Both the position numbers and the translations under genes were made by a program. This document shows positions 9,208-18,740 of a stretch of 64,000 nucleotides of DNA, piece by piece (the first letter of the stretch is position 1; every line of letters starts with the position of its first letter). The notes beneath the pieces are model-generated. The model saw only the letters and a list, made by a program, of their open reading frames with translations, was not told the origin of the DNA and ran no database searches. The stretch comes from an uncultured Spirochaetaceae bacterium (GTDB taxonomy: Bacteria; Spirochaetota; Spirochaetia; DTKZ01), in NCBI GenBank assembly GCA_964397655.1, contig CAYNKA010000014.1, positions 23,234-87,233 on the forward strand. Direction: 5' to 3'.

Positions 9208-10382
9208 CGAGTCCCCCCTCGATAATAGGCACGCCACGAAGGCAGGACGGCCTCGGCGGTCCTGCACGGCGCGTCTACGGAAAAATACCTGCACACCGCG
9301 TCCGCCGCCTTTTCGGCCATGGCCCGGAGCACCGTCGCCTTTCCGCCCAGGACGCTGAAGAATCCAGCGGCGCCTTCTCCGTCGTGATGAACGCAGGCGA
9401 AGTCCCGCGAAAGCTCTCTTCCGGACGCCGCGTCCGGCCGGCCGAAGAGAGGCCTGGGAGCGGCCCAAGCCGCGTGGAATTTCGCCGTTGAAAAGGCCGG
9501 GACGAGCTCGGCCGCCCTGCGGACGAGGAAGGAAAGATCCTCCTCCCGAAATCGGGAATCTTCGAGGTCCTCGGTCGTCCACTGGGTGGTGCCGATGATC
9601 GAAAGCCTCCTCTGGGGCACGAGGATGTCGCCGTCGCCGGGCGGCGCGAGTCGGCTCACGACGAGGTCGACGAGCCTTCCCTTGACCGCGAGAAGGGTAC
9701 CGGGGCTCGGCGTGACCGGGAGGTTCACTCCGGCGAGCGCGGCGATTCTCCCCGCCCATGCGCCGCCCGAGTTCACGACCGCGTCCGCCTTCTCGAACCG
9801 GTCCCGGCCGGTCACGAGGTCCCTTACCCGTACGCCTCGGACGCGGCCTTTTGTCACGTCGATGCCCGTTACGAGGTGATAGGGCCGAATGCCGGCGCCG
9901 AGGGACTTCGCCCCCGCGAAGAAGGAGAGGGCGAGCCTGAAGGCGTCGATCGAGCCGTCCGGTACCAGGACCGCCGCCCTGTGGTCGGGATTGACGCCCG
10001 GCTCTCTGCGCAGTGCTTCCGCCGGATCGAGTCGTTCCGCCGGAATGCCGGCCTCGGCGCAACCCTCGAGAAAAGGCCCGAGGTATTCGATCCCCTCGTC
10101 GTCCATCGCGAGGAAGAGGCCGCCGTTGAACTCGACGGCCTCGGGAGCGATGCGCCGGAGAATTTCCGATTCCTTCATGCACTCCCGGCCGATGTTCCGG
10201 TCCCGGACCGCGTAACGGGCGCCGCAGTGGAGCTGACCGTGATGCCTGCCCGTGGTGCCGGAGGTGAGTTCGCCCCGCTCGAAGAGCGCGACCTCGAAAC
10301 CCCGCCGGGCGAGATCGTAGGCCAGGGCCCCTCCGGTTCCGCCGCCTCCGATCACGACGACCTTGGCTTTTTCTTTCGGCAT
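9204..10382 (-). CDS. FAD-dependent oxidoreductase (anaerobic glycerol-3-phosphate dehydrogenase GlpA-like / DAO family)
   Basis: 392 aa. The N-terminal dinucleotide-binding fold is VVVIGGGGTGGALAYDLARRG. It overlaps the downstream Fe-S gene by GTGA, suggesting translational coupling. Confidence 0.6.
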   Translation of the reverse strand: MPKEKAKVVVIGGGGTGGALAYDLARRGFEVALFERGELTSGTTGRHHGQLHCGARYAVRDRNIGRECMKESEILRRIAPEAVEFNGGLFLAMDDEGIEYLGPFLEGCAEAGIPAERLDPAEALRREPGVNPDHRAAVLVPDGSIDAFRLALSFFAGAKSLGAGIRPYHLVTGIDVTKGRVRGVRVRDLVTGRDRFEKADAVVNSGGAWAGRIAALAGVNLPVTPSPGTLLAVKGRLVDLVVSRLAPPGDGDILVPQRRLSIIGTTQWTTEDLEDSRFREEDLSFLVRRAAELVPAFSTAKFHAAWAAPRPLFGRPDAASGRELSRDFACVHHDGEGAAGFFSVLGGKATVLRAMAEKAADAVCRYFSVDAPCRTAEAVLPSWRAYYRGGTR

Positions 10383-10385
10383 CGG

Positions 10386-11084
10386 CTACGCGAGCTCCAG
10401 GGCGAGCTTTACCATGTCGTCGAACGAGGACTGCCTGTCCTCCGCGGACAACGCGGTGCCGAGCGGGATGTTGTCGCTCACCGTGAGGATCGAAAGCGCC
10501 TTCACCTTGAACTTCGCGGCGAGCGTGTAGAGGATCGAGGTCTCCATCTCGATCGCGAGGACCCCGTATTCGGCCCAGAGCCTCCAGGCGTCCGGCTCGT
10601 CGTCGTAGAAGGTGTCGCTCGAGAGGATGTTCCCGGACCTGATCGGCAGCCCCATCCGCTCGGCCGCCTCGTGGGCCTTGAGGAGCAGCTCGAAATCCGC
10701 GGCCGGAGCGTAGTCCATGCCCTTGAACCTGAGCCTGTTCATGCTCGAATTGGTGGAGGCCGTCATCGCGAGGAGGACGTCGCGGAGATGGATCGTTTCC
10801 TGGACCGCTCCGCAGCTTCCGATCCGGACGAGACGGCCGGCTCCGTAGAAGTTGATGAGCTCGTGCACGTAGATTCCGTGGGAAGGCATCCCCATCCCGG
10901 TTCCCTGGACCGAAACACGCTTGCCTCGGTAGGTCCCCGTATATCCCAGCATGCCCCGCACCTGGTTGTAACAGAAGGGATTCTCGAGGAATTTTTCCGC
11001 CACGAATTTTGCCCGCAGAGGATCTCCCGGGAGAAGGACGATGTCGGCGATGTCGCCCTTTTTGGCTCCGATGTGGACGCTCAT
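10386..11084 (-). CDS. deoD: purine nucleoside phosphorylase, DeoD-type
   Basis: 232 aa with family-1 PNP features ([13 protein letters not shown]). Its stop overlaps the start of the upstream gene. Confidence 0.85.
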   Translation of the reverse strand: MSVHIGAKKGDIADIVLLPGDPLRAKFVAEKFLENPFCYNQVRGMLGYTGTYRGKRVSVQGTGMGMPSHGIYVHELINFYGAGRLVRIGSCGAVQETIHLRDVLLAMTASTNSSMNRLRFKGMDYAPAADFELLLKAHEAAERMGLPIRSGNILSSDTFYDDEPDAWRLWAEYGVLAIEMETSILYTLAAKFKVKALSILTVSDNIPLGTALSAEDRQSSFDDMVKLALELA

Positions 11085-11340
11085 GCTCCGCTCCTTGTTT
11101 CGATTTCGCCTCTCAGTATAAGCCCGTCGGTCGGCTTATCTCAATGGCGAAAACGCGCCTTCGTCGCGGCCTGCCCTTGACTCGGCCTCGATTTCGGCGA
11201 TATAGAATTTCCGAATAAGGCGAAGATAAAAACACGATCCGGTCGGTAGTCCGGATGTACGGCGCCGCGATGCCGCACCAGTAACCTTCCCCCAAGGGAT
11301 GTCCGTTCTTCGCGTCGTGTCCGACAATCGGGGGATTCTC

Positions 11341-11754
11341 ATGAAAACAGTCTTTTCGATCTACTTCGAAGAGCCGTTCTGGGTAGGCGTGTTCGAGACA
11401 CGAGCCGACGGCGAACTGACGGTCGGACGGGTAGTCTTCGGGGGCGAGCCATCCGACGCGGAGGTCCGTGATCTCCTCCTCTACCGATATGCTACGATAC
11501 CGTTCAGCACGGTGAGCCTTCCGGAGGGCGAAACGCCGCATCCGGTCCACGTCAATCCGAAGAGGAGACAACGTCAGGCAGTCAAGGATCAGCGGTACGC
11601 CTCGTCGACGAAGGCTCAGGAGGCCCTGAAGGCTGCCTACGAGGCTTCGAAGGCCGACCGCCGGGACGAAGCGCGGCGCAGGACGGAGGATGACGAGTTG
11701 AGGAAATTCCTTCTCAGGCAGGAAAAGAAAAAAAGGAAAAGGCGTGGGCATTGA
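11341..11754 (+). CDS. DUF2992-like hypothetical protein with a basic C-terminal tail
   Basis: The N-terminus MKTVFSIYFEEPFWVGVFE and the Lys/Arg-rich tail recall the DUF2992 family. The start is taken at an internal ATG of the track ORF 11299-11754. Confidence 0.4.
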   Translation: MKTVFSIYFEEPFWVGVFETRADGELTVGRVVFGGEPSDAEVRDLLLYRYATIPFSTVSLPEGETPHPVHVNPKRRQRQAVKDQRYASSTKAQEALKAAYEASKADRRDEARRRTEDDELRKFLLRQEKKKRKRRGH

Positions 11755-11825
11755 ACCGGACCGATTGTCAAGGCTAGCACGCCGTTCTATCATTCCATGA
11801 TCGAACAAGGACAAGGAGAAATTCG

Positions 11826-12569
11826 ATGGAATTGAAAGACAAAGTCGCGCTCATAACCGGGGGAGGCACGGGCCTCGGACGGGCCGTCGCCCTGAAGCTC
11901 GCGAGGGAAGGGATGAACGTCGCGGTCAACTATTCCAAGTCGAAGGCCGAGGCCGATGAAACCGTCGAGGAGGCGAAAGCCCTCGGAGTGAAAGCCATGG
12001 CCTTCAAGGCGGACGTTTCCTCGACGCGGGAGGCGGAAGACCTGGTCGAGGAAACCGCGAAAGCCTTCGGAAGGCTCGACCTTCTCGTCAACAACGCGGG
12101 AACCACCAAATTCGTCCCCTTCAAGGACCTCGACGGCCTTTCCGAGGACGATTGGCTCCGGCTTTTCAGAATCAATACGATGCCCTCCTTTTTCACCACC
12201 CGGGCTGCGGCGAAGATCATGAGGAGGTTCGGGGGCGGCCACATCATCAACACCGTGTCCATCGCCGGGCTCAGGCCTTCGGGCAGCAGCATCGCCTACG
12301 CGGTTTCCAAGGCGGCGCTCATCCACGCGACGAAATGCCTGGCCGTAGCCCTGGCCCCGGACATCAAGGTGAACGGCGTGGCGCCCGGCGTACTGCTCAC
12401 CCGATGGGCCGACGGATTCTCCGGCGAGCAGATCGAAACCATGAAGAACAACGCCCTTCTCAAGAAGACCGTGGACGTGGAGGAGTGCGCCTCGATGTAC
12501 GTCGCCCTCGCGAAGAACGACAGCATGACCGGGCAGATCATCGTCGTGGACGCGGGCCAAGTCGTCTGA
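11826..12569 (+). CDS. SDR family oxidoreductase (FabG-like)
   Basis: 247 aa with TGGGTGLGRA, NNAG and the catalytic pair YxxxK (YAVSKAA). Confidence 0.85.
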   Translation: MELKDKVALITGGGTGLGRAVALKLAREGMNVAVNYSKSKAEADETVEEAKALGVKAMAFKADVSSTREAEDLVEETAKAFGRLDLLVNNAGTTKFVPFKDLDGLSEDDWLRLFRINTMPSFFTTRAAAKIMRRFGGGHIINTVSIAGLRPSGSSIAYAVSKAALIHATKCLAVALAPDIKVNGVAPGVLLTRWADGFSGEQIETMKNNALLKKTVDVEECASMYVALAKNDSMTGQIIVVDAGQVV

Positions 12570-12627
12570 TCCATCGAAAACGCAGGGATCCCCTTCTCGG
12601 CGCCTTTTCCGGAAAATCGAATCCGGC

Positions 12628-13263
12628 CTAGAACTTGAAATTCACGCCCACGCAGGCGGCCACGAGGTTGAAATCCTTCTCGTCGAAGGTCACGTCGCCG
12701 CCCCAGCCCCCGGAACGCGTTTTCCGGAAACCGTTGTACGGAATCGTATAGTCGAGTTCCATCTGGAGCGACAGCCTTTTCGAAAAGTACAGCTCGATGC
12801 CGCCGATGACGTCGCCCATCCGGAGCCCGGCGAGGAGGACATGGTGACGGTAGCCGGCGTACGGCTCCAGATGATTCCCGAACCGGTAACCGGCGATCAG
12901 CCCCGCATTGACGTCCAGAAAAGACCAGTAGTAAAAACCGACTCCGGTCACGAACGAAAGTTGAAAAGGATTCGAGGGACCGGTCAACCCGTATTTCAAG
13001 GCGGCATCCGCTCCGAGCATTCCCGCGTTGACGCCGACCTCGAAGCCGGACGGCAGCCCGAGACGGAACGTGCCGGTCACGACGCCGGGAGGATTCTCGA
13101 CGTCGGATTCCGTCCCGCCGGAGTTCGCGTAATAGAGTCCTCCTCCGTATATGCCGACGGACATCTTCCCCGGTTCGAGCGGCCTCGGGGAATGCAGGCT
13201 CATGGTGGCGCAGGAGAGAAAAAGGGGAAACACGGCGAGCGCGAGCACGACGATCTTCTTCAT
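12628..13263 (-). CDS. lipoprotein, small outer-membrane beta-barrel-like
   Basis: The signal peptide ends in a lipobox (LFLSC). The protein is rich in Gly/Tyr and ends in an aromatic residue (F). Confidence 0.45.
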   Translation of the reverse strand: MKKIVVLALAVFPLFLSCATMSLHSPRPLEPGKMSVGIYGGGLYYANSGGTESDVENPPGVVTGTFRLGLPSGFEVGVNAGMLGADAALKYGLTGPSNPFQLSFVTGVGFYYWSFLDVNAGLIAGYRFGNHLEPYAGYRHHVLLAGLRMGDVIGGIELYFSKRLSLQMELDYTIPYNGFRKTRSGGWGGDVTFDEKDFNLVAACVGVNFKF

Positions 13264-13374
13264 GGTCGACAGTCCGGGTCCATCATACCATGAAACACCG
13301 ATACAGGCTCGGACTTTCGAAAAAAAAACGCCCGGGAGCTTACCCCCGAGCGCCTTTCGTATCGTGGATCGCGT

Positions 13375-13806
13375 TCAACGAATCATCCTGCTGCTCACGA
13401 AGGTCGTGCCATCAATCTGGAGGCTCTGGATCATGTAGTCGCCGTCATCCTCGGCCATGGTGAAGACGACGTTGGCGCCGCTCGGGTAACTGATAGCGCT
13501 GGTCACCTTCGTCGTAGCCTGGTTCCCTACCACGGTCAGAGCCCCGAACGTATAGATCTCGCCCGCGGGAAACGCCCCGCCGGGAGCGCTCCAAAAGGTC
13601 GCAGGTTTTATGGAGTTGTACATGTTCGTCAGGCTCGGGTGGAAGTGCGTGTAGAGATTCGCGTAGTTACCCGCCTTCACGTCGGCGGTGAAGCCGTTGA
13701 CCTGGTCCTCGATGGACGTGCCCTGGTTCAGGTTACAGGTAAAGAAGGCCGAGGCGACGAGAGCCGCGGCAGCGGCGAAAACGATTATCTTCAGGATTCG
13801 TTTCAT
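13375..13806 (-). CDS. lipoprotein, hypothetical
   Basis: Internal start MKRILKIIVFAAAAALVASAFFTC with a lipobox, preceded by a GGAGGA RBS. Confidence 0.45.
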   Translation of the reverse strand: MKRILKIIVFAAAAALVASAFFTCNLNQGTSIEDQVNGFTADVKAGNYANLYTHFHPSLTNMYNSIKPATFWSAPGGAFPAGEIYTFGALTVVGNQATTKVTSAISYPSGANVVFTMAEDDGDYMIQSLQIDGTTFVSSRMIR

Positions 13807-13822
13807 GTTTTCCTCCGATGGT

Positions 13823-14842
13823 TCATATGTCCGCCTCCACGAGATGCGGAACGACGGCATCCTCGTAATTCTTCCTCACGGAATGGTAGAGGCTCATGAA
13901 CTCCCGATACTCGGGAGCGTCCTGCTTCAGAATATACCGGCTTTTCATCTGGACGTACATGCCGCCGAGCACGTACCTGCGCATGGAGAGATAGGAGAGC
14001 GCGTAGTGCCTCATGTTGAGGAAGAGCGTCCGCCGCTTCTCCCCGATTCCCGTGAGGAGCTCGGACCGGAGTCCGGCGGCCTTCGCGTCGTCCTTCGCCT
14101 CCACCGCCTTCTTGAGTTCCTCGTACACACGCGCACTCTCTTTGTCCGCCTCGGCGAGGGGCTTCAGTACGGCGCGGAGGTCTTCGCGGAAACGGGCGAG
14201 CTGCGTCTCGACGTCCTTCAGCCTCCCTACGGGATCGGCGAGGAAGGCTTCCTCCCTGCCCTTGTTCCAGGCGCTGAAATCCTGGTGCCTGCCGAGCCAG
14301 GTGAACTTCTCTCCGGGCGTCCGCCCCGGCTTCACCTCCACGGCCTCGTTCACGCCGAGTTCGACCGCCTTGCCTTGGGAGGAAACCTCGACAGCGCCCT
14401 TTTCCACCACGAGGAGGGCCGAGCCGTCCATGCCCGCGTACACGGTGAGCTCGGTCCCGCGCACGCCGGCCACGTAGCTGTTGGTCCTGATCGAAGGACC
14501 CCTGCCCGAGAACTTGTTGAGCCGGTAGGACACCGCCCCCACCGCGGTGGACAGCACGGTCTGCTTCTCGCCCTCGACCTCCACCTCGCCGATGGTGAAC
14601 ACCGTGTTCGGCTTCACCGAGATCGTACTCTTGTTCGAGAGCTCGAGGTCGGCCCTGCCGTCTTCCTTCGTGATGACCGACTCCCCGACCTTGAGGTCGG
14701 TGCCGATGTCGAGTTCGACGATGCCTCCCGAGAGTTTCCTCGTCGACGCGTCCCCTTCCACGTACACGGTCGTCGCGTTCTGTGCCGCGGCGGCCGCCGA
14801 GATCGCCGCCGCCGCGACGACGACGAAAAACGCCTTTTTCAT
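13823..14842 (-). CDS. secreted FecR-domain protein
   Basis: Signal peptide MKKAFFVVVAAAAISAAAAAQ, a FecR-like beta region and a coiled/helical C-terminus. Confidence 0.5.
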   Translation of the reverse strand: MKKAFFVVVAAAAISAAAAAQNATTVYVEGDASTRKLSGGIVELDIGTDLKVGESVITKEDGRADLELSNKSTISVKPNTVFTIGEVEVEGEKQTVLSTAVGAVSYRLNKFSGRGPSIRTNSYVAGVRGTELTVYAGMDGSALLVVEKGAVEVSSQGKAVELGVNEAVEVKPGRTPGEKFTWLGRHQDFSAWNKGREEAFLADPVGRLKDVETQLARFREDLRAVLKPLAEADKESARVYEELKKAVEAKDDAKAAGLRSELLTGIGEKRRTLFLNMRHYALSYLSMRRYVLGGMYVQMKSRYILKQDAPEYREFMSLYHSVRKNYEDAVVPHLVEADI

Positions 14843-15297
14843 TTCACCGGCCCCCTCAAGCCCCTGATTTTAGGATAGCCGCCGACCTCCTTGCCGAGCA
14901 GGAGGTAAAAGACTCCTCCGTCAGCGGCGAGCTTCACCATCGACGTGTCCCTGTCGAGGTATTTGGCGAAAAAGGTCTTGACGTCCATGGAATCATCGAA
15001 GATCTTGTACGAGTCCGCGGCGGGCCTGACGATCTCGAGGACCTTCGCATTCTTCATGACGAATCCGGCGGCCTTGAAGTTGTCCCAGAGCGAGTTCAGG
15101 TCTTTCTGCAACAGCACGATCTCGCCGTCGAACAGAAAGGGGGTCTCGGCGAGGCCCTTCACCTCGTTCACGCCGCCCTTGTTGATGAGATCCACGAGCC
15201 TCTGGATCCTGTCCTCCCGCTGAACGTAGGGCCCCGTGGCGCAGGACAGAACGAGCAGCACCAAAGCCGCGGCGGCTCCCGGTTTCATGATTTTCAA
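14839..15297 (-). CDS. lipoprotein, hypothetical
   Basis: Signal peptide with the lipobox LVLSCA. Confidence 0.45.
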   Translation of the reverse strand: MKIMKPGAAAALVLLVLSCATGPYVQREDRIQRLVDLINKGGVNEVKGLAETPFLFDGEIVLLQKDLNSLWDNFKAAGFVMKNAKVLEIVRPAADSYKIFDDSMDVKTFFAKYLDRDTSMVKLAADGGVFYLLLGKEVGGYPKIRGLRGPVK

Positions 15298-15311
15298 GGT
15301 TCTCTCCTTCG

Positions 15312-15827
15312 CTATTGTTCGACGATTCCCCGGATGATGTCGTCGATGTCGTCCTGTTCTATGTCGAATTTCCTCTCGTAAGCGAGTTCCTGATTCGCGG
15401 TCCTGAGCTTCTTGAGCAGGCTGTAGATCACGATCATGAGGAACTTGATGCCCGCGCTCGGATTCTTCTTGATGAAGCCGAGAAAGGTGTCCCGGTGCAC
15501 TTTCACGACCGACGTATTTTCGGCGGCTTCCACGTTCGCCGTCCGTTTCACCTTGGCGAATATACCCGCTTCGCCGAAGAATTCCCCCTCGCCGATCGTG
15601 CAGATGTAGACGTCCTTGTCTTCCTTGACCGACACGTTGACGCTTCCCGAAACGACGATGAAGAAATCCGGACTGTATTCCCCCTCCTGTATGACGGTCG
15701 TCGGAGCGGCGTAAACCTGGTACGAGCTTTCCTTGATCAGGCCGAGGAGGTCCGCCGGGAGAAAATATCGAAAAAGCGGCGTCGCGTGAAGCTTAGTATA
15801 GACTTCTTGTGCTTGTTCGTCTTTCAT
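15312..15827 (-). CDS. cyclic nucleotide-binding domain protein
   Basis: 171 aa with the cNMP-binding signature GEGEFFGEAGIF...RTANVEA. Confidence 0.7.
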   Translation of the reverse strand: MKDEQAQEVYTKLHATPLFRYFLPADLLGLIKESSYQVYAAPTTVIQEGEYSPDFFIVVSGSVNVSVKEDKDVYICTIGEGEFFGEAGIFAKVKRTANVEAAENTSVVKVHRDTFLGFIKKNPSAGIKFLMIVIYSLLKKLRTANQELAYERKFDIEQDDIDDIIRGIVEQ

Positions 15828-16038
15828 GTTCGCTCCTTCAACATAAGTTTAACTTCTTTTCGTGAGATTTCAAATGCCAGAGGGAATCTTTCCGCCTCTC
15901 TTTCCGGAAGAGATTCGCTTCCTTGAAAATCATCGTAAAAGTGATACACTTTTTACCAATAGTAATTTAAAAACGCCTATATCTTACATCGTGCTTCTAC
16001 ATCGCGGGCAAAAATTACCTCATAGGGAGGCAACGTCC

Positions 16039-17727
16039 GTGAAATCAATAAACGTCTTGAGCATACGGGCTTTTACCGTAGTGTGTGCCGCGGTTTTCGT
16101 TTCCTGCACAGGCCTGGGCTCGAACGGAAGCGATAAAGACCAACCCGACGATACATCGCAGGCAGCGACTTATTCCATAACCTATAACGGGAACGGGGCT
16201 ACGGCCGGAAGCGTACCTCAGGACTCCGTGGCTTACAAAGCCGGTCAGACCGTGACCGTATTCGCGAACATAGGGAACCTTGTAAAAACAGGAAGCACGT
16301 TCACGGGCTGGAACACGAAGGCCGACGCCTCGGGCACGACCTACGGACCCAACTCGACCTTCTCCATGCCGGAACGGAATATCACGCTCTACGCGCGCTG
16401 GACGACAAACCCGACCTATACCGTCACCTACAACGACAACGGCTCGACCTCCGGCAGCGTCCCTGTCGACACGACGGGCTACGAGGTCGGCCAGACCGTA
16501 ACCGTTTCCGGAAACACGGGCAACCTCGCGAAGACGGACTGTACGTTCGCCGGCTGGAACACCCAGGCGGGAGGCGACGGGACCGACTACGCTCCGGGAA
16601 AAACCTTCTCCATGGGAAGCTCGAACGTGACGCTCTACGCCAAATGGGGGACGCCGGGAGGCCTCGATTCCTTCTTCGATCCGGGAGAAGGAGCGAACGA
16701 CACCATCCGGTATCTTGCGATCCAGAGCGACGGTAAGATTCTCATCGGCGGTAATTTCACCGCCTACAACGGAACGGCCCGACACCGTCTTGCGCGACTC
16801 AACTCGGACGGGTCCCTCGACACGAGCTTCGACCCGGGCGCGGGAGCGGACAGTACGATCCAAACCTTGGCGATCCAAAGCGACGGCAAGATCGTGATCG
16901 GCGGAGATTTCACGACCTACAACGGAACAACGAGAAACCGCATCGCGCGCGTCAACGCGGACGGTTCCCTCGACACGAGCTTCGACCCGGGCACGGGAGC
17001 TGACAGTACGATCCAAACCTTGGCGATCCAAGGCGACGGGCAGATCATGATCGGCGGGGATTTCACGACCTACAACGGAACGACGAGGACCCGCATCGCA
17101 CGTATCGCGGCCGACGGGTCCCTCGGATCGGGATTCGATCCGGGTTCCGGTGCGGACGCCAAAATCTACACACTCTCACTTCAGAGCGACGGTGCGATTC
17201 TCATCAGCGGCAACTTTTACAATTACAACACGACCTCGAGAATGTATATAGCCCGCGTCGCAACCAACGGTGCTCTCGACACAACCTTCGATCCCGGCAC
17301 GGGAGCGAGTGGAACGGTCATGTTCCTGAAACAGATGAGCGGGGGAGAGGTCATGGCCGTAGGTGGCTTCACTAATTACAACGGAACGGCCCGCCGCTGC
17401 ATCGCACGCATCAATGCCGACGGCACCCTCGACACGACCTTTAATCCCGGTTCGGGAACGGACTCGATGATTAATACGCTCACCGTTCAAGCCGACGCAA
17501 AAATCTTGATCGGAGGGCAAAACACCACCTACAACGGAACCTCGAGATACCATATCGCCCGCGTAAACACGGACGGATCCCTCGATACGGGCTTCGATCC
17601 GGGGACGGGAACGGACTACGAAGTGAATGTCATAGCCCTGCAGAGCGATGGTAAAATCATCATAGGAGGGGTCTTCACGACGTACAACGGGACCTCGAGA
17701 AACCGCCTTGCGCGGATCTTCCCGTAA
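16039..17727 (+). CDS. surface lipoprotein with two Listeria-Bacteroides (Flg_new) repeats and seven tandem beta-propeller (delta-60-like) repeats
   Basis: GTG start at 16039 after an AGGGAGG RBS. The signal peptide ends FVSCTG. Two copies of TYxxNGxTxGSVPxD...TFxGWNT are followed by seven copies of roughly LDTSFDPGxGADxTIxxLAIQSDGKIxIGGxFTxYNGTxRxRIARxNADGS. Confidence 0.65.
   Translation: MKSINVLSIRAFTVVCAAVFVSCTGLGSNGSDKDQPDDTSQAATYSITYNGNGATAGSVPQDSVAYKAGQTVTVFANIGNLVKTGSTFTGWNTKADASGTTYGPNSTFSMPERNITLYARWTTNPTYTVTYNDNGSTSGSVPVDTTGYEVGQTVTVSGNTGNLAKTDCTFAGWNTQAGGDGTDYAPGKTFSMGSSNVTLYAKWGTPGGLDSFFDPGEGANDTIRYLAIQSDGKILIGGNFTAYNGTARHRLARLNSDGSLDTSFDPGAGADSTIQTLAIQSDGKIVIGGDFTTYNGTTRNRIARVNADGSLDTSFDPGTGADSTIQTLAIQGDGQIMIGGDFTTYNGTTRTRIARIAADGSLGSGFDPGSGADAKIYTLSLQSDGAILISGNFYNYNTTSRMYIARVATNGALDTTFDPGTGASGTVMFLKQMSGGEVMAVGGFTNYNGTARRCIARINADGTLDTTFNPGSGTDSMINTLTVQADAKILIGGQNTTYNGTSRYHIARVNTDGSLDTGFDPGTGTDYEVNVIALQSDGKIIIGGVFTTYNGTSRNRLARIFP
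16661..17727 (+). repeat. tandem coding repeats, about 7 x 153 bp
   Basis: Direct DNA repeats are visible (gacggttccctcgacacgagcttcgacccgggcacgggagctgacagtacgatccaaaccttggcgatccaa occurs twice, nearly identical). Confidence 0.7.
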
Positions 17728-17829
17728 AGGGTAAGGGGAATCTTCGCGCCGGGGCATTTCCTTCCCCTGCCTCGCTTCCCCAGGGCGTGGGGTTCGTGCT
17801 ATCCTCACGCTCACAACGCGAGGATAACA

Positions 17830-18729
17830 ATGTCGTCAACCCACATCGGAGAACTCGTCGCCCTGGCAACGGCCTTCTGCTGGACCGCGACGGCCTTCTT
17901 TTTCGAATACGGGGTCAAGCGGATCGGGACCCTTTCCCTCAACCTCATCAGGCTCTCCATGGCCTTCGTCTTTTTGTGCCTCTACTCCCTCGCCTTCAGG
18001 GGGATGCTTCTTCCCTTCGATGCGACTCCCGAGACCTGGTTCTGGCTGATCCTCTCGGGACTCGTCGGCTTCGTCTTGGGAGACATCTTCCTGTTCAGGT
18101 CCTACATCGACATCGGAGCGAGGATCGCGAACACGATCTACGCCTCCGTCCCTCCCATGACGGCCCTGGTCGGGTTTTTCCTCCTCGGCGAGACGCTGGG
18201 CGTTCAGGAAATGGCAGGCATGGCCATTACGCTCGGCGGCCTGGCCTTGGTGTTGACGAAGAAGGGCGAAAAATCCGGCACCCTGCAGTTCTCGCACCCG
18301 GTGAGGGGTGTCCTCTACGCCTTCCTCGGAGCGGTCGGGCAGGCCGGCGGCCTCGTCCTGAGCAAGTACGGGGCCCCGTCCTACAACGCCTTTTCCGCAA
18401 CGCAGATCCGCTGCATCGCAGGCCTCGTCGGATTCGCGGCGATCAACCTCGCCATGAGGAGGGCCGGCAAAGTCGCTTCGGCGTTCAGGGAACGCAAGGC
18501 GATCGGCATGATCTTCCTGGGAGCGTTCTTCGGCCCCTTTCTCGGCGTATCCTTCGGTCTCTACGCGATCCAGCACACGGCCACGGGCATAGCTTCGACC
18601 ATCATGGCCCTCGTGCCGGTGATCATCATCGCGCCCTCGTACTTCATCTTCCGGGAAAAGGTCACTCTGCGGGAAATCATCGGCGCCGTGGTCGCGGTCG
18701 CGGGTACCGTCGTGCTCTTCCTGCGGTAG
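17830..18729 (+). CDS. EamA/DMT family transporter
   Basis: 299 aa with ten predicted TM helices and a duplicated EamA architecture. Confidence 0.8.
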   Translation: MSSTHIGELVALATAFCWTATAFFFEYGVKRIGTLSLNLIRLSMAFVFLCLYSLAFRGMLLPFDATPETWFWLILSGLVGFVLGDIFLFRSYIDIGARIANTIYASVPPMTALVGFFLLGETLGVQEMAGMAITLGGLALVLTKKGEKSGTLQFSHPVRGVLYAFLGAVGQAGGLVLSKYGAPSYNAFSATQIRCIAGLVGFAAINLAMRRAGKVASAFRERKAIGMIFLGAFFGPFLGVSFGLYAIQHTATGIASTIMALVPVIIIAPSYFIFREKVTLREIIGAVVAVAGTVVLFLR

Positions 18730-18740
18730 GCTCCGGAGCC

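Noticed and set aside
8554-10182. 542 aa ORF called as one gene.
   Set aside because: Only the C-terminal 218 aa encode a recognisable Fe-S protein. The N-terminal 320 aa overlap the well-supported FAD oxidoreductase gene in another frame. The locus was split at the GTGA junction.
11113-11814. 233 aa minus-strand ORF overlapping the DUF2992-like gene.
   Set aside because: Low-complexity translation, antisense to a plus-strand ORF that has a recognisable N-terminal family motif. Confidence in either is limited, but the plus-strand call is favoured.
16661-17727. Possible CRISPR array or non-coding tandem repeat.
   Set aside because: The 153 bp units are in-frame protein repeats inside a lipoprotein gene. 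There are no short repeat-spacer units and no cas genes nearby.
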